DNA from: Takakia lepidozioides | Lineage: Eukaryota > Plantae > Bryophyta | Length of the DNA stretch: 64,000 nt | Assembly (NCBI GenBank): GCA_030704615.1 | Contig: CM060731.1 | Span: 11,098,001-11,162,000 of the forward strand | Direction of reading: 5' to 3' | Shown here: in pieces, positions 26,998 to 37,600 of the stretch | How positions within the stretch are numbered: position 1 is the first letter of the stretch | How the letters are laid out: the number at the start of each line of letters is the position of its first letter | Notes under the pieces: generated by a model | Told to the model about the DNA's origin: nothing | Seen by the model: the letters and a program-made list of their open reading frames with translations, nothing else | The model's database searches: none | Position numbers and translations under genes: made by a program

Positions 26998-27449
26998 ACT
27001 GAAGGCAAAGCGATTCCTATAAGCCCTCAGGAACCGCCGTATACGTTGTCTCTCTTCTCCAGTGACAATGGGTCCAATGTCAGGCTCCCAATTGTCCTCC
27101 GTAACTGCAACCTTAAGTCCAGCAGACTTAGAGGTAGGAGACGCGTCCTGTGGTTGCTATGTCGTAACCTCATGAGCAGTACCCCCTGCCTGCTCAGTCA
27201 ATGATAAGGCCTCATCCTGCCCCATCATCTCATCCTTGAGGACCTCCTCAACCCGAAAAGAATCCCCAACCTCATCCATCACAGCCGCCTTGGCTGCCAA
27301 CTCCATCTGAACCTCGAGCACCTCCCACGTGTGCCATGGATGTCTACACCCCGTGGTCCTCACCGGCTCGCCCCTACTCACTGCCTATACCGTCTCGGTA
27401 GGCAGAGAGACCGTCAAGGGAAGTGCACTCCGCACTCTACGTTGCTCAG

Positions 27450-28220
27450 CCATAGCCAAGCTGATAATCCCGGTCAAGCAATTGAGATTCATCGCTTGCC
27501 CCAACACCTGACGACGTGATGCCTTAGAAAGAAAAGGCACCGCCGTGGTCCCAGTGGAAAAACCCATAGCCCACTCTCGCTTGTCGCCATTAGGCTCCAC
27601 TAACTGCTGCAACCGAGCATCCCACAGGAGGTCAGGTCCACTATCCCGGAAAGCATGCGATCTTGGGAAGCTGAGCAGTGTAGGTAGTGCTGCTCGTGGT
27701 TGACCCCACTGTAGCTGCATCCAGCAACACTGCTACCCCAAGCCACGACCGGACTTGATGCACACTGGTCATCACCTTGGCCCAAGAATCGCCCATCAGT
27801 GGCACATTCTCCAAGATGTATGCTGAAGATACAGCTTGATGAAGCTGTAAGTGGCGCAAAACCCGCCCCATCTCCCAAAACAGACCCGACCTCGAGTCTC
27901 GCAATCCATTGCCATGCCCAGCTGATGAATGCCCTTGGCAGGGCCAACCTGCCACTACCAGATCAATGGAGCCGACCCGCTCCAAATCCTGCGCCCCCAA
28001 CAACGAAATGTCTGCTGGCAAGGCCTGCTGATATCCACGAACTGCAGACAACGGCAACAACTCAGGGTACTGCTGCACCAACTGAGTAACATGGCGTAGG
28101 GAGACTCGTCGTGCGGTCTCATCCTTCTCTAGATACAGGTAACGCCGAACTCGTACACCTGCCTGTAGAATAGCAGCCAGTCCGGTGTTGATCCCGCCAA
28201 ACAAGTCCAGAAGGCAAATG
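27450..28220 (-). pseudogene. C5 cytosine DNA methyltransferase domain in the Gypsy pol region
   Basis: Motif I LLDLFGGINTG, II YLEKD, III ADI, IV DLVVAGWPCQGHS, V RSGLFWE, VI YILENV; after a frameshift near 27700, IX EPNGDKREWAMGF and X RRQVLGQAMNL. Motif VIII not recognisable. Confidence 0.9.
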
Positions 28221-28615
28221 CCTTCATCCGGACACTGCCACACGATTGGTATGGTGTCCAATGGTGACAACTGAGGTGGTCTTGGTGCAATCCCCGCACT
28301 GTCCTCCTCTCCTGACGGTACAAAAGCCTCTACCCAGGCTTGTTACACACGACAATCAGCAACCCGCTGCAAATCCTTGCTCGAGCCCCACAATGGAGTG
28401 TGAGCAACCATGGCAGGCAACTCCGCCATACCATGCATGTCATCCTGCTCTCCCGGAGGTGACACATCCTCTGAATGAGTGTTGCCATCCAACAACTCTC
28501 CAGGCCAAGTCACTGCAGCTGTAAATGCTGCCAGTGTCGACATCTTGCCGCGCTGGGCAACCGCAACTCCTCCTATGAACGTCACAAGGAGCTGCACATG
28601 CCGGCCCTCCCCTGA

Positions 28616-29050
28616 CTACCATCCAGGCCTATAGGAAACTGACTCCTCCCAAAAATCCAGGATGAAGCCCATGGGGTATAACATTGCCCCACCAACAAGG
28701 ACATCGTACGAGACCGTGTCTGTCACAATGGCCTTGGCTCTCATCACTGAGCCATCTGTAAGATGATCCGGCTGTAGTCGGATAGCCAACTCACGCCATG
28801 TCATGCCCCGAGCCTGCTCTGATCATCCCAGAGATGTCTGTATCTGGAAAGGGCACGGCTCCATATCCGCCTCCGTGAGGCCCAAGCCTGCAATAACAGC
28901 TCTGCCCAGCATCAACGGCTAAGCTCCCGAGTCCAACAAGACTTGCAGCGGCCGGTACCTCTTGCTTGCCGGTCCACTCAAACAGAAAATGTCATCCTGG
29001 TTGTCTAACATGACAACTCCAGGTGTCACCATGGCGCGCTCAATGGCTGG
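28616..29050 (-). pseudogene. Gypsy aspartic protease
   Basis: VLLDSGA* active-site motif, then YDVLVGGAMLYPMGFILDF. Confidence 0.8.
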
Positions 29051-29530
29051 CCTAGCTGACAGCTCCATCAACCTGGCAGCTGCAGCTTGCCATGACGCCG
29101 CCGTGGCAGTCTTGACCCTCAAATTCGAGGATCCCTCCGGCACTACACCTCCCACTATCTCTGCAGAAGATGAAGTAACCTCCCCACTCTCACAGAGTGT
29201 AGCTGCCAGCCTGAACACCTCAGCTAGTCTTACCCCCGGCGTCGCAATCATGGTAGCCGAGAACAATGGAGCCTGGCACACAGATGTGTCCGCCCCCAGC
29301 AGCACACTAGCTACCGTAGCCTTGGCAACACTAGGTAGTGGTGCTGCCCGTGTAGCTCTCCCCAATGGCATAGTAACCTCCGCCTCGGTAACAGTCGGGC
29401 GAGAACTAGGTGCCATGGACGGCGTCGACACTGTTTCCGCCAATGTGAATGACTGAGGAAGCCTGGCCTGATGGCTTGCCTCCCCACGCTATGGATCCAA
29501 CTCCACCTTCGCACCCCGTGGCTCAAGAAC

Positions 29531-30976
29531 TCATGCTGCTCCTCGAGTCACTGCCGCAGCTGACTCCACTTGCACTAGTGGTAGTCCTGCCCCACACATA
29601 GTGGTAGTGGTAGTGCTACCCGGCACTAGTGGTAGTGGTGCCCCACCCACAGTGGTAGTGGTAGTGGCACCCCTCACTAGTGGTAGTGCTACCTCGCACA
29701 TGAATCCCATGCCTCCCATGTCTCCTCCCTCAGGAGCAGGAGGTGGACCATCCGGCCTTGGAGCCAGTACCACCTGAGCTGTGGCCATGGCAGCGAGCCT
29801 CTGCTCTAGCTGCTGAAGCCGGTTGGCCATGCTTTGGTCACCACCTTGACCTCCGCGTCCTTGGCCATGTTGAGGCGCTTCCTCTTGGCCTGCACCTCGT
29901 GCCTGACCACCTCGTCCACCTCGCCCCCGGCCACCATTGTTCCCTTGGAACTGGCCTGGGCGCAACTCAGGGTGCAAACCATAGCACCGGGCCTCTCCAT
30001 GCCCGTACTTGCCACAATGCCCACACTGCATCTGTGCAGGCTGTGCCGGTGCCAAACCATTGCCTCCCTCTGGGCAATCCTTCTTGACATGGGGTCCTCC
30101 ACATGTCCAGCACACCACATCCGCCCGTTGTTGGCTTGCAAATGAAGGGAGAGACCCCTGCATCTGAGGTCCTCTCTGCCCTTCCCTGGGCTTCACCTGA
30201 GCCCCCTTGTTGCCTTGAGCACGTTGAGGTAGTGGCTGGCTAGGAGCACCACTACCCCATAGTGCCTCCTTAGCAAATCCCACCATAACCACTCGTTCCT
30301 CCACCATGTTGAGCTCTATCCGCTCTGCCAGTGAAAACACATTTGCTAAGGTGTGTTGGGCCGCTTGTAGGAGAGTTGCATCCCGTACCCTTCTCCTCAG
30401 CTCCTTGTCCAATATCCCGTACCAGAACTAGACTGCCTGAGCCTCCGTAACCCCTTGGGTTACATTAATCAAACGCCTCATGCGAGTGAAAGCCTCCCTC
30501 AAGCTCTCAGTAGGCTTCCGTTGGAATTCTTGCAAGCTCCTCAACTTCTCTGTCCTCACCCCTTGGTAGTTCATTCTCAACTCTTCAAAGACCTCCACAA
30601 CAGGGTTGAAGGCAGACACCGCCACTGGTACTGGTGCAGCAATAGCTTGGGTGGACGTCGTAGTTGCTGTACCACTAGTCTCACTACTGCTCGTGGAAGC
30701 TGTTGTTGCAGCTGCAGCTGCCGGTGTGGCTGCTGCCCTTGTGCCTCTAGTGATGGAGACATAGTCGGGTGACCAGTATATCATCCACTCCTCGATCTCA
30801 ACATCATGCCCCCGCCTAAACTCATGGTAATTATCCATGGGCGGCCCCTCAAGGTGCTGAAATAGCCCCTTCCATGCCATAAAATGCGTAAATAGTTGTG
30901 GATTGTGCATTTGCTGCAAGTCACACCAACTATCAAACTCTTGGATAAAATCATCCAACTCAATGGTGCCCACCAC
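29531..30976 (-). pseudogene. Gypsy gag with two CCHC knuckles
   Basis: LDDFIQEFDSW...FQRKPTESLREAFTRMRRL (MHR-like); CWTCGGPHVKKDC and CGHCGKYGHGEARC. Confidence 0.85.
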
Positions 30977-32990
30977 CTCCGAGTACCTTCATGGCCCCTT
31001 GGTGGCTCTATACATCTCCTCCATTGTGTCCACAACAATGGCAAGAAAACAACTTGCACCGCCAGTGTGAGTACTCCTGATTCACAATCCGAATTAGAAC
31101 CTTCCGTAGAAGACACAGGAGCTGAAGGTGGCCTAAACCGCACACCTCGTCTCGTATACCCATTAGTATCGCTAGTGCTCGTACCGTCACTTTCCCCAGC
31201 AACTAGTGGCACCTCCGTGTTGACAAACTGACACTCAACCGGTCCTGAACCTGTCTCTAACCCCCTCTCCACAAGGTAACCGGGTAGAGAACCTGATGCA
31301 ACTTATGGTTTGGAATACTAAGTTCCTAACATAGCCTGCACCTGCACCTACATCCACCGCAGGCACTCCTATGGTTGGCTGGTCATCACCTCCAACCTCA
31401 CCACAGGAGAAACAAAGATGGTCTGACTGGTCATCAACCCAGCCTCACCATCGACAGCATGCTCTAGGGTGGGATCGGCGATCAAGCCCGAGTCCACCAC
31501 CTATAAAATTAAGCGCCCACACAAAACTAGCATGGCGCACAATCAAGCATGTAGGTGTGGAGGGGATCCAAACACAAGAATGAAAACAACAACTCCCCCA
31601 CACAAAAAACAATTCCGCAGTGTCGCTCCTGCAACCCAGCCCAAACTCGGGACTGACTCTTGCCTCCACATACGGAAAGGTCTCGGCCTACAGAGAAGGT
31701 GGAAAGTTACAAGGAAGGGAAACTAAAGCAATGTCTATCCCCAACACGCTCTCATCCCAACACCCTCTTTTTTCCTCTCTTCTCTCACTTGCATGACCAG
31801 CATCCTGTACACACTCCTCAAACCGCCCTCCACGAGCTCATGAAACTTGGCCTCCAAGGCCCCATGCAAGCCTCCACAGGGTTTGCCAGTGCCTCTTTAC
31901 GTCCACCAGCCATTTCTCAGAATGGAAACACCTCAGGAAACCACGCCATTCATTGAAGGTTCAAAAATGGAGCAAATAGAGGTACATAGAGGCCCCAACA
32001 ACATTCTGTCCAAAGGAATTACCTGCAGGCTGGTCTCCCCCATAGTTAAGAACTGGGCTGAAAACCCGAAAAGATTACCTGCAGGGAAGTAATCCCCTTT
32101 GTTAAAACGCAACAGGGAGGCAATTCCGACTTTTCTGCCGGATCAGCTAGCTCAAAACCGTTGTTCTTCAGAGCCAGCCTCCCCATCAAGGTCCCACGAA
32201 ACGAGTGAAAAAAGATTATTATTATTATTATTATTTTTCACTCTGCCTGTTCGCGGTCTTCCGTGGCTCTAACCGCCACACTCCTCACGGCCCGCCCTAG
32301 GCGCTCATTGGCCACGGGCTGCCCCGTGGTACCCCGTGGTACCACGCCCACGAGCCTTCACGGCCCGCCATCCCCACGATCTGGTCACCGTGCCAACCCC
32401 GCTCTTGCCACTCCAAGAACCCTTACACTGCTGAGTTTCAGATTGAAATTCCAACTCAGCAAATGTTTCACAAGTGCACTGATTTGCACACAAGAGGGAC
32501 CAACCCCCTCTCTTCACTCATACCTCTTCATGAGCTTGGCAACAGGTTGCGATGCATCCCCTCGCAACTCCACCATTCGGCTGCTCTTCATCTACCCGCA
32601 ACAACTAGTTTCGGGCAGAAATACCTGGAGCTGATCATATCATCTCCAACCTGCAACTTGCTAGCTTCCCATGTGTAGCCCACATTCCTGCAGCTCCTTA
32701 ACTCGGCCTGCAGCTGAAGAATACGACCACCAGTACACTTCGTGGCCAGCATCTCCTCCGCTTCACTGAACCGCATACTCAGTTGCCATAGCGTTGAGCT
32801 ATGCAACACTGACCGCCTCTCTATCCATTGCAAACCTGCAACCTGTTCGCCTTTGCACTCTATCCACTTTGGATAGACTCATGCACGGATCCCTGCACTC
32901 TAGGCTGAACCGCTTCTCATGATCTGAAAACACAAGTGCTATAACTAACTCGAACCTGGCACTCACAGACTCGAGCTCATCTTTCTCGAG

Positions 32991-33281
32991 TGATAAAGAA
33001 AAGAAGATGATACAAGCACACAAGCTCTCTCAAACTCACATACTTGCACATGAAAACATCACTCATATATTAAGTCGAACCAAGTGCACCCCACGCCATG
33101 GGGAATCCACACTACGGCGCCATAGCCAACTCGAGAAAGATAAGCCCACCGCAATCTGCCGTGAAGATAACAACGCCAGGTGCCCAAACATGTATTGGTC
33201 CCTGGGTCAATCCCAAATGTCAATATATAGAAGCTAGCTATTTCCTAGCTAACTTCACACTAGTGATAAAATAACTTGACA
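32991..33281 (-). repeat. 5' half-LTR (A1), copy of 23183-23501, with TATA-like TATATA near 33228-33223
   Basis: Direct repeat; lacks a 16-nt and a 12-nt segment present in the other copy. Confidence 0.92.
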
Positions 33282-33961
33282 GTATAGAAGACAGCGGGGC
33301 GAACATTTTTCATCAAATGGCACTTCCATCGGAATTCATCCGCGGAAGCTACGAGGATGGATGTAAAACGATGCGACCTGATTCGGATCGTGTCGTCCTT
33401 TAGGGGTTAAGATGTCGTTGACGACACCTTAATCCCTAGCACCTGCACACACGCATCGCCTTACCACCAAGGCTGTTCACCATCAGTTTTTCTTGGGTTC
33501 AAATTTTTGGGTGAATTTGTTTTGGGTTTTTGGTTTTTCCATGAATTGTCATGTGCCAACTCGTATTGGGAATTAAGATGTCGTTGACGACACCTTAATC
33601 TGGCACATTCGGGGAAGGAAAAAAAAACTAAACAAATAAAAAAACTAAAAATACAAACGGATTTTTGATTTTTGATTTTTTGAAAACTTTTTGGAAATTA
33701 AGATGGCGTTGACGACACCTTAATCCCAAGCCCTTGCACACACATGGTTACCGCTAAGGTTTTTTTCCCTAGGTTGAATTGTCATGTGCCAACAAAGGCT
33801 CGGAATTAAGCTGGCGTTGACGCCACCTTAATGTCTATTTTCTTGCACATAAATGTTTTTGGAATCATTTCTTTATTTCATGGGTTGAATTGTCATGTGC
33901 TAACAGGGGCTGCAAATTAAGCTAGTGTTGAGGACAGCTTAATGTCTGTTTCACTGCGTAC

Positions 33962-34696
33962 ATGCTGATCGGTAAGGATAAATGTTGTAGCAGTCATCCA
34001 TGGTTCATTCATCAGGCCAATTTTTCATCTCGAGAGTCCAGGCCTCACAAGTTCTGGTTTTGCCCTGATGACATTCAGCGTTGTGTGATGGGGACTTGTC
34101 GGGATTCAGTCATCACTAAGCCTCAAATTCCAGCTGTGCGGCCAGTGAAGGTGGGAACATGTCTGTCGAAGCAAGAAATTGAGATGCCGGAGGATGTCGG
34201 GTTTCATCTTCCAAGAGGCCCAACTGCCATAACATCATTTTCATGTCGGGGTTCACAATCCGCATTCCCCCCACGTCCACCACATGGGAACGACTGGCCT
34301 ACGAAACGAAATGGAAAAGTGGTCCGCCGTGTTGAGGCAGGTCTTGAAAACCAGTGCAAAATTGAGTCAACAATAACCCTGCAGTGTCGGGTGACCCAAG
34401 TTGTCAATATCCCCCCTCCAGGCTATGGGCGGGTGTACAGTATGGTGACATCGGGTTCTGTTGTTTACGACAGGACTTATGAGGTAACTGTTGGGAATTA
34501 TCCAAATTGCACATGCCCGGACTTCCAGAACACGTTATCAAGCTCTATTGGAAAGAGACCCAAATTTGTCTCGTGCAAACACCTATACTACATCTACATT
34601 CACAGAATGTTTTGTGATCCTCACCGAGTTTCACCAATGTACAATGGGTCCTACGTTCTTACACTTTTGCAACGAGATATGATTACTGAAATGTAA
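33962..34696 (+). CDS. SWIM zinc-finger ORF inside the MULE-like element (possibly partial or pseudogene)
   Basis: YEVTVGNYPNCTCPDF...CKHLYYI = CxCx(n)CxH SWIM motif; 244-codon open frame. Confidence 0.7.
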   Translation: MLIGKDKCCSSHPWFIHQANFSSRESRPHKFWFCPDDIQRCVMGTCRDSVITKPQIPAVRPVKVGTCLSKQEIEMPEDVGFHLPRGPTAITSFSCRGSQSAFPPRPPHGNDWPTKRNGKVVRRVEAGLENQCKIESTITLQCRVTQVVNIPPPGYGRVYSMVTSGSVVYDRTYEVTVGNYPNCTCPDFQNTLSSSIGKRPKFVSCKHLYYIYIHRMFCDPHRVSPMYNGSYVLTLLQRDMITEM

Positions 34697-37600
34697 GGTG
34701 TTCTGAAGGAGTTCAATTTTTTGCCAATGACTCCACTTTGTTCAATGTAATGAATACATCCATTTATATTTTGGGTGAATTTTTTTCGGTTGAATTGTTT
34801 TGGGGTTGTTGGTTTTTCCATGAATTGTCATGTGGCAACACGTATGGGGAATTAAGATGTTGTTGACGACACCTTAATCCCCACCACCTACACACACACT
34901 GCCTTACCGCCAAGGCTTCTTCGCCTTGAAATTTTTTTGGGAGAATTTTTTCGGGGATTTTGGTTTTTCCGTGAGTTGTCATGTGCCAACTCGTACTAGG
35001 AATTAAGATGTCGTTGACGACACCTGAATCCTAGTACGAGCACTTGCACACATACCATGGTTCATTCATGTCGCTCATTTTCATCCCAATGTCATCCAAC
35101 ATTCATCCATTCCCTTTTTCATTCATCTCAAAACCATTCATCCGGCAGCTTTTCAGCGCACATTCGTACCATATGGTCGTCACCCAGCAAGGATTATTCC
35201 GTCGGATGGGTTGGAGATTGCGTCCATGCAGTGTAGTTTTTGTCCACGGCAATAGGTCATCTTCTTCCGTCGGTTGTAGGCTCCCATTCACTAATCTATT
35301 CACGCTTGCAATCTGCTCACGCTTAAGGGATTCTACTCACGTTTACCACTTAAAGCATGAGCGTGCTCACGTGAGCTGCTCACACGGTAGCTACCCTCTT
35401 ATCAGATGAATAACCCAATGATCCTTCCATGAACCGCCACATTTTTTCTCCTCACCTTCATCATTTAAGTCAATTGTCTCTGGTTTCACGACCTTCTTCC
35501 TTGCTGCTCTCGCCTTATTTGAAGCGACCGTTTGCTCGTTAGAAATGATCTATGTTGGTCGTCGATGCGGTGTGAGATTTGGGATTGACTAGTCAAGAAG
35601 TTGACTCATGAAAGATCCTGGGTGCATGTAAAGACCATGAGGAAATGGAAATGGTGCTATAGGCATCCCACCACTACCATTTGCACTCCTACACGATTGA
35701 CAGTACTCCAAGGTGGCATATTTGAACACAAAGTGTCTGCAATACTATCAAGGTCAACCACATTTTGATTCATCTTCTCATCAACACTACTTTGCGATTC
35801 CATTGTAGTCTTGTACAGGAGACAGGAGCGACGAGAAGAATAGATCTGTTACGGTGAACGAGAGAGATGAGCTCTATAGCGGGCATGAACGAAACATGAT
35901 AATAAATTCCCTAACATTTCGGATTTCTGGCGGTAGCCCCTGGAAATCTGACTTCTGCGGAGAGGCTCCACATACGCACCACGTCATCCTCATTTTTTAT
36001 TGTCGTTCCTCCCGTGTGATAGGTGAGCCGGGTGTTGCTCTGTGATGACTCAACCAATTGCGTTCTCGCGTTTGCTCCCCTTGCCGCTCGTATGGTAACG
36101 CTCTAATATCATGCCCACTCGGAGGAGTGTGAAAACTCCAGTTTCTATTTTCCCAAGTCATCTGTCACATGCATGAGTGGAAAAACAAAACAAAACAAAT
36201 CGCCTCCCACACAAAGTTGTTTCGGTTTTGTCTTAAATCCAAACTAAAAAAAAACCTACCGTTCCGATGTTTATGAGTCATCGGATTTCCCGTCACGGTT
36301 TACCGTGTTTTCAGGGTTACGGCACCCTTCGGGCCTATAAGGGTTTTAATTTTCTCCATTCAATAATTCAAATAAAGCTTAAATGGGCTTCCTCCCCTTT
36401 CCTCAAAACAAAAACTAAAAGAAAACTAAAAAATATAATATATTAAAGATACTCATAAAAATAGTTAGTTTTTATCCAGATTAAAACCTCCGGTCCTAAA
36501 TGCCGGATGAAAGGGATTTATAAGCTGCATCTATGGGCCACTAGATCCGGATCAACTCAAACACAACAAAAATTCAAAATAAATTGGTCCTCAACATGTG
36601 GCAGTTATCTCAGTTCTTCATATCCAGATGTTCCTAACTAAGGCGGATATTACACTTTTGGACCTCCTAATATCCACATATATGTTACCTCCGGATTCGG
36701 ACCGCCATGGCTTTTACGGGTAGAATAAAACATCCTAGCAACACTAACTTAGAGTGAACAAGCCGCAACGGGCGAAAAGCTATGTGTAGAGTGAGGGGGT
36801 GTGTTATAAATAGTTTCTTAAGTTTTTTTTTTTTCTTATAATGGAACGGCCTTAAGTTACTTTACTATACACAAATTGTAGTTGCTCATTTTGTAGCATG
36901 TAATATTTCTTAAAAACATGAAAATAAATAATATTAATATTAATAATAACTTCATAATTGAGCACCGTAACACATACCAATCAATGTTTTCGGACCAATA
37001 AGAATCTTGACACGTATGGCAGTTGACGTCATGTTCTCAACATAATGCAAAGATCTCACAGCCAACACGGTCGATGGACGATCGTTCATATTATTCGTCC
37101 ATCACAAACGAAAAGAACTGTTAGATGGCATTAAATCAGGTTGACAAAGGAAAAGGAAAAGAGTGAAAAGGGTGCCAAATGTGGGCCCCATTGAGCGCGC
37201 AAGGCTCACACGCTGCGGTTTGGATGCTCACGATGCGAGGGAGGGTGCAGTACTTTTGCTTGTCGTTTGTGTGCAGCTGCTGACACTGCGATTTAGAGCG
37301 AGCTCTGGACTAACTTAACTAGTGAGTGATTTCATTAGGGTGGGAGCAGGCTGCGAGCTATCGCACGCCTGCACATGGAATATGTATACGGTAGGTGCAG
37401 TGAGGTGCGGAGTTTAGTACTGCCATCGGCAAGTTAAATATGGCGGGCGGTGCATATGGAGAACGATTTCACTGTCATCCCGCACTAATGCATTCCACTT
37501 TTGGGATTCCCTGTAGGCTTTCTTACAGGTGGTTAATTGCGTACGGACGTTGGAGCACGGTTTTGATCGGGGGCAGGCAGCAGATTCCTCGGGGCCCTGA

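Larger units (their letters stand above)
22997..33281 (-). mobile_element. Ty3/Gypsy retrotransposon with split (permuted) LTRs; gag-PR-C5 methyltransferase-RT-RNaseH-IN-PHD
   Basis: Termini TGTC...GACA; 4-bp TSD GTAT (22993-22996, 33282-33285); RT-RH-IN domain order; repeats 22997-23183 = 23504-23669 and 23183-23501 = 32991-33281. Confidence 0.93.
18617..33406 (-). mobile_element. piggyBac DNA transposon (defective), interrupted by a Gypsy element
   Basis: Perfect 14-bp TIRs CCCCTAAAGGACGA (18617-18630) / TCGTCCTTTAGGGG (33393-33406), TTAA on both sides (18613-18616, 33407-33410), transposase fragment inside. Confidence 0.92.
18081..35028. repeat. Ten copies of a 26-bp imperfect palindrome TTAAGATGTCGTTGACGACACCTTAA within longer degenerate repeats
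   Basis: Copies start at about 18081, 18332, 18498, 18613/33407 (split by piggyBac), 33573, 33698, 33806, 33917, 34852, 35003. Confidence 0.9.
17581..35398. mobile_element. Mutator-like (MULE) TIR element containing the piggyBac and Gypsy insertions
   Basis: Imperfect TIRs GGGGGATGCTACTCTGTGAGCAG (17581) vs reverse complement of right end GAGGGTAGCTACCGTGTGAGCAG (ends 35398); 9-bp TSD TTATCATAT (17572-17580) / TTATCAGAT (35399-35407); internal SWIM ORF. No DDE transposase seen, so the superfamily call is an inference. Confidence 0.72.
17399..35520 (-). pseudogene. Harbinger partner gene (Myb/SANT-like), split by the 17581-35398 insertion
   Basis: Removing 17581-35398 plus one TSD copy restores an in-frame NKARAARKKVVKPETIDLNDEGEEKKCGGSWKDHWVIHLITLHGEMQEE, a trihelix-like W.D..V..LI.L.GEM start; convergent with the transposase. 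Confidence 0.6.

Noticed and set aside
22997-33281. DIRS/Ngaro element, suggested by split repeats and a methyltransferase
   Set aside because: It has protease, DDE integrase and a 4-bp TSD; no tyrosine recombinase motifs were seen and the methyltransferase is C5-type.
18081-35028. Palindromic 26-bp repeats as a CRISPR array
   Set aside because: Intervening sequences are long, variable and related to each other; no cas genes; eukaryotic TE context.
15157-36746. CAGTGTTG...CAACACTA as the Harbinger outer TIRs
   Set aside because: Only about 7 bp match and no TSD; the Harbinger ends remain undefined.
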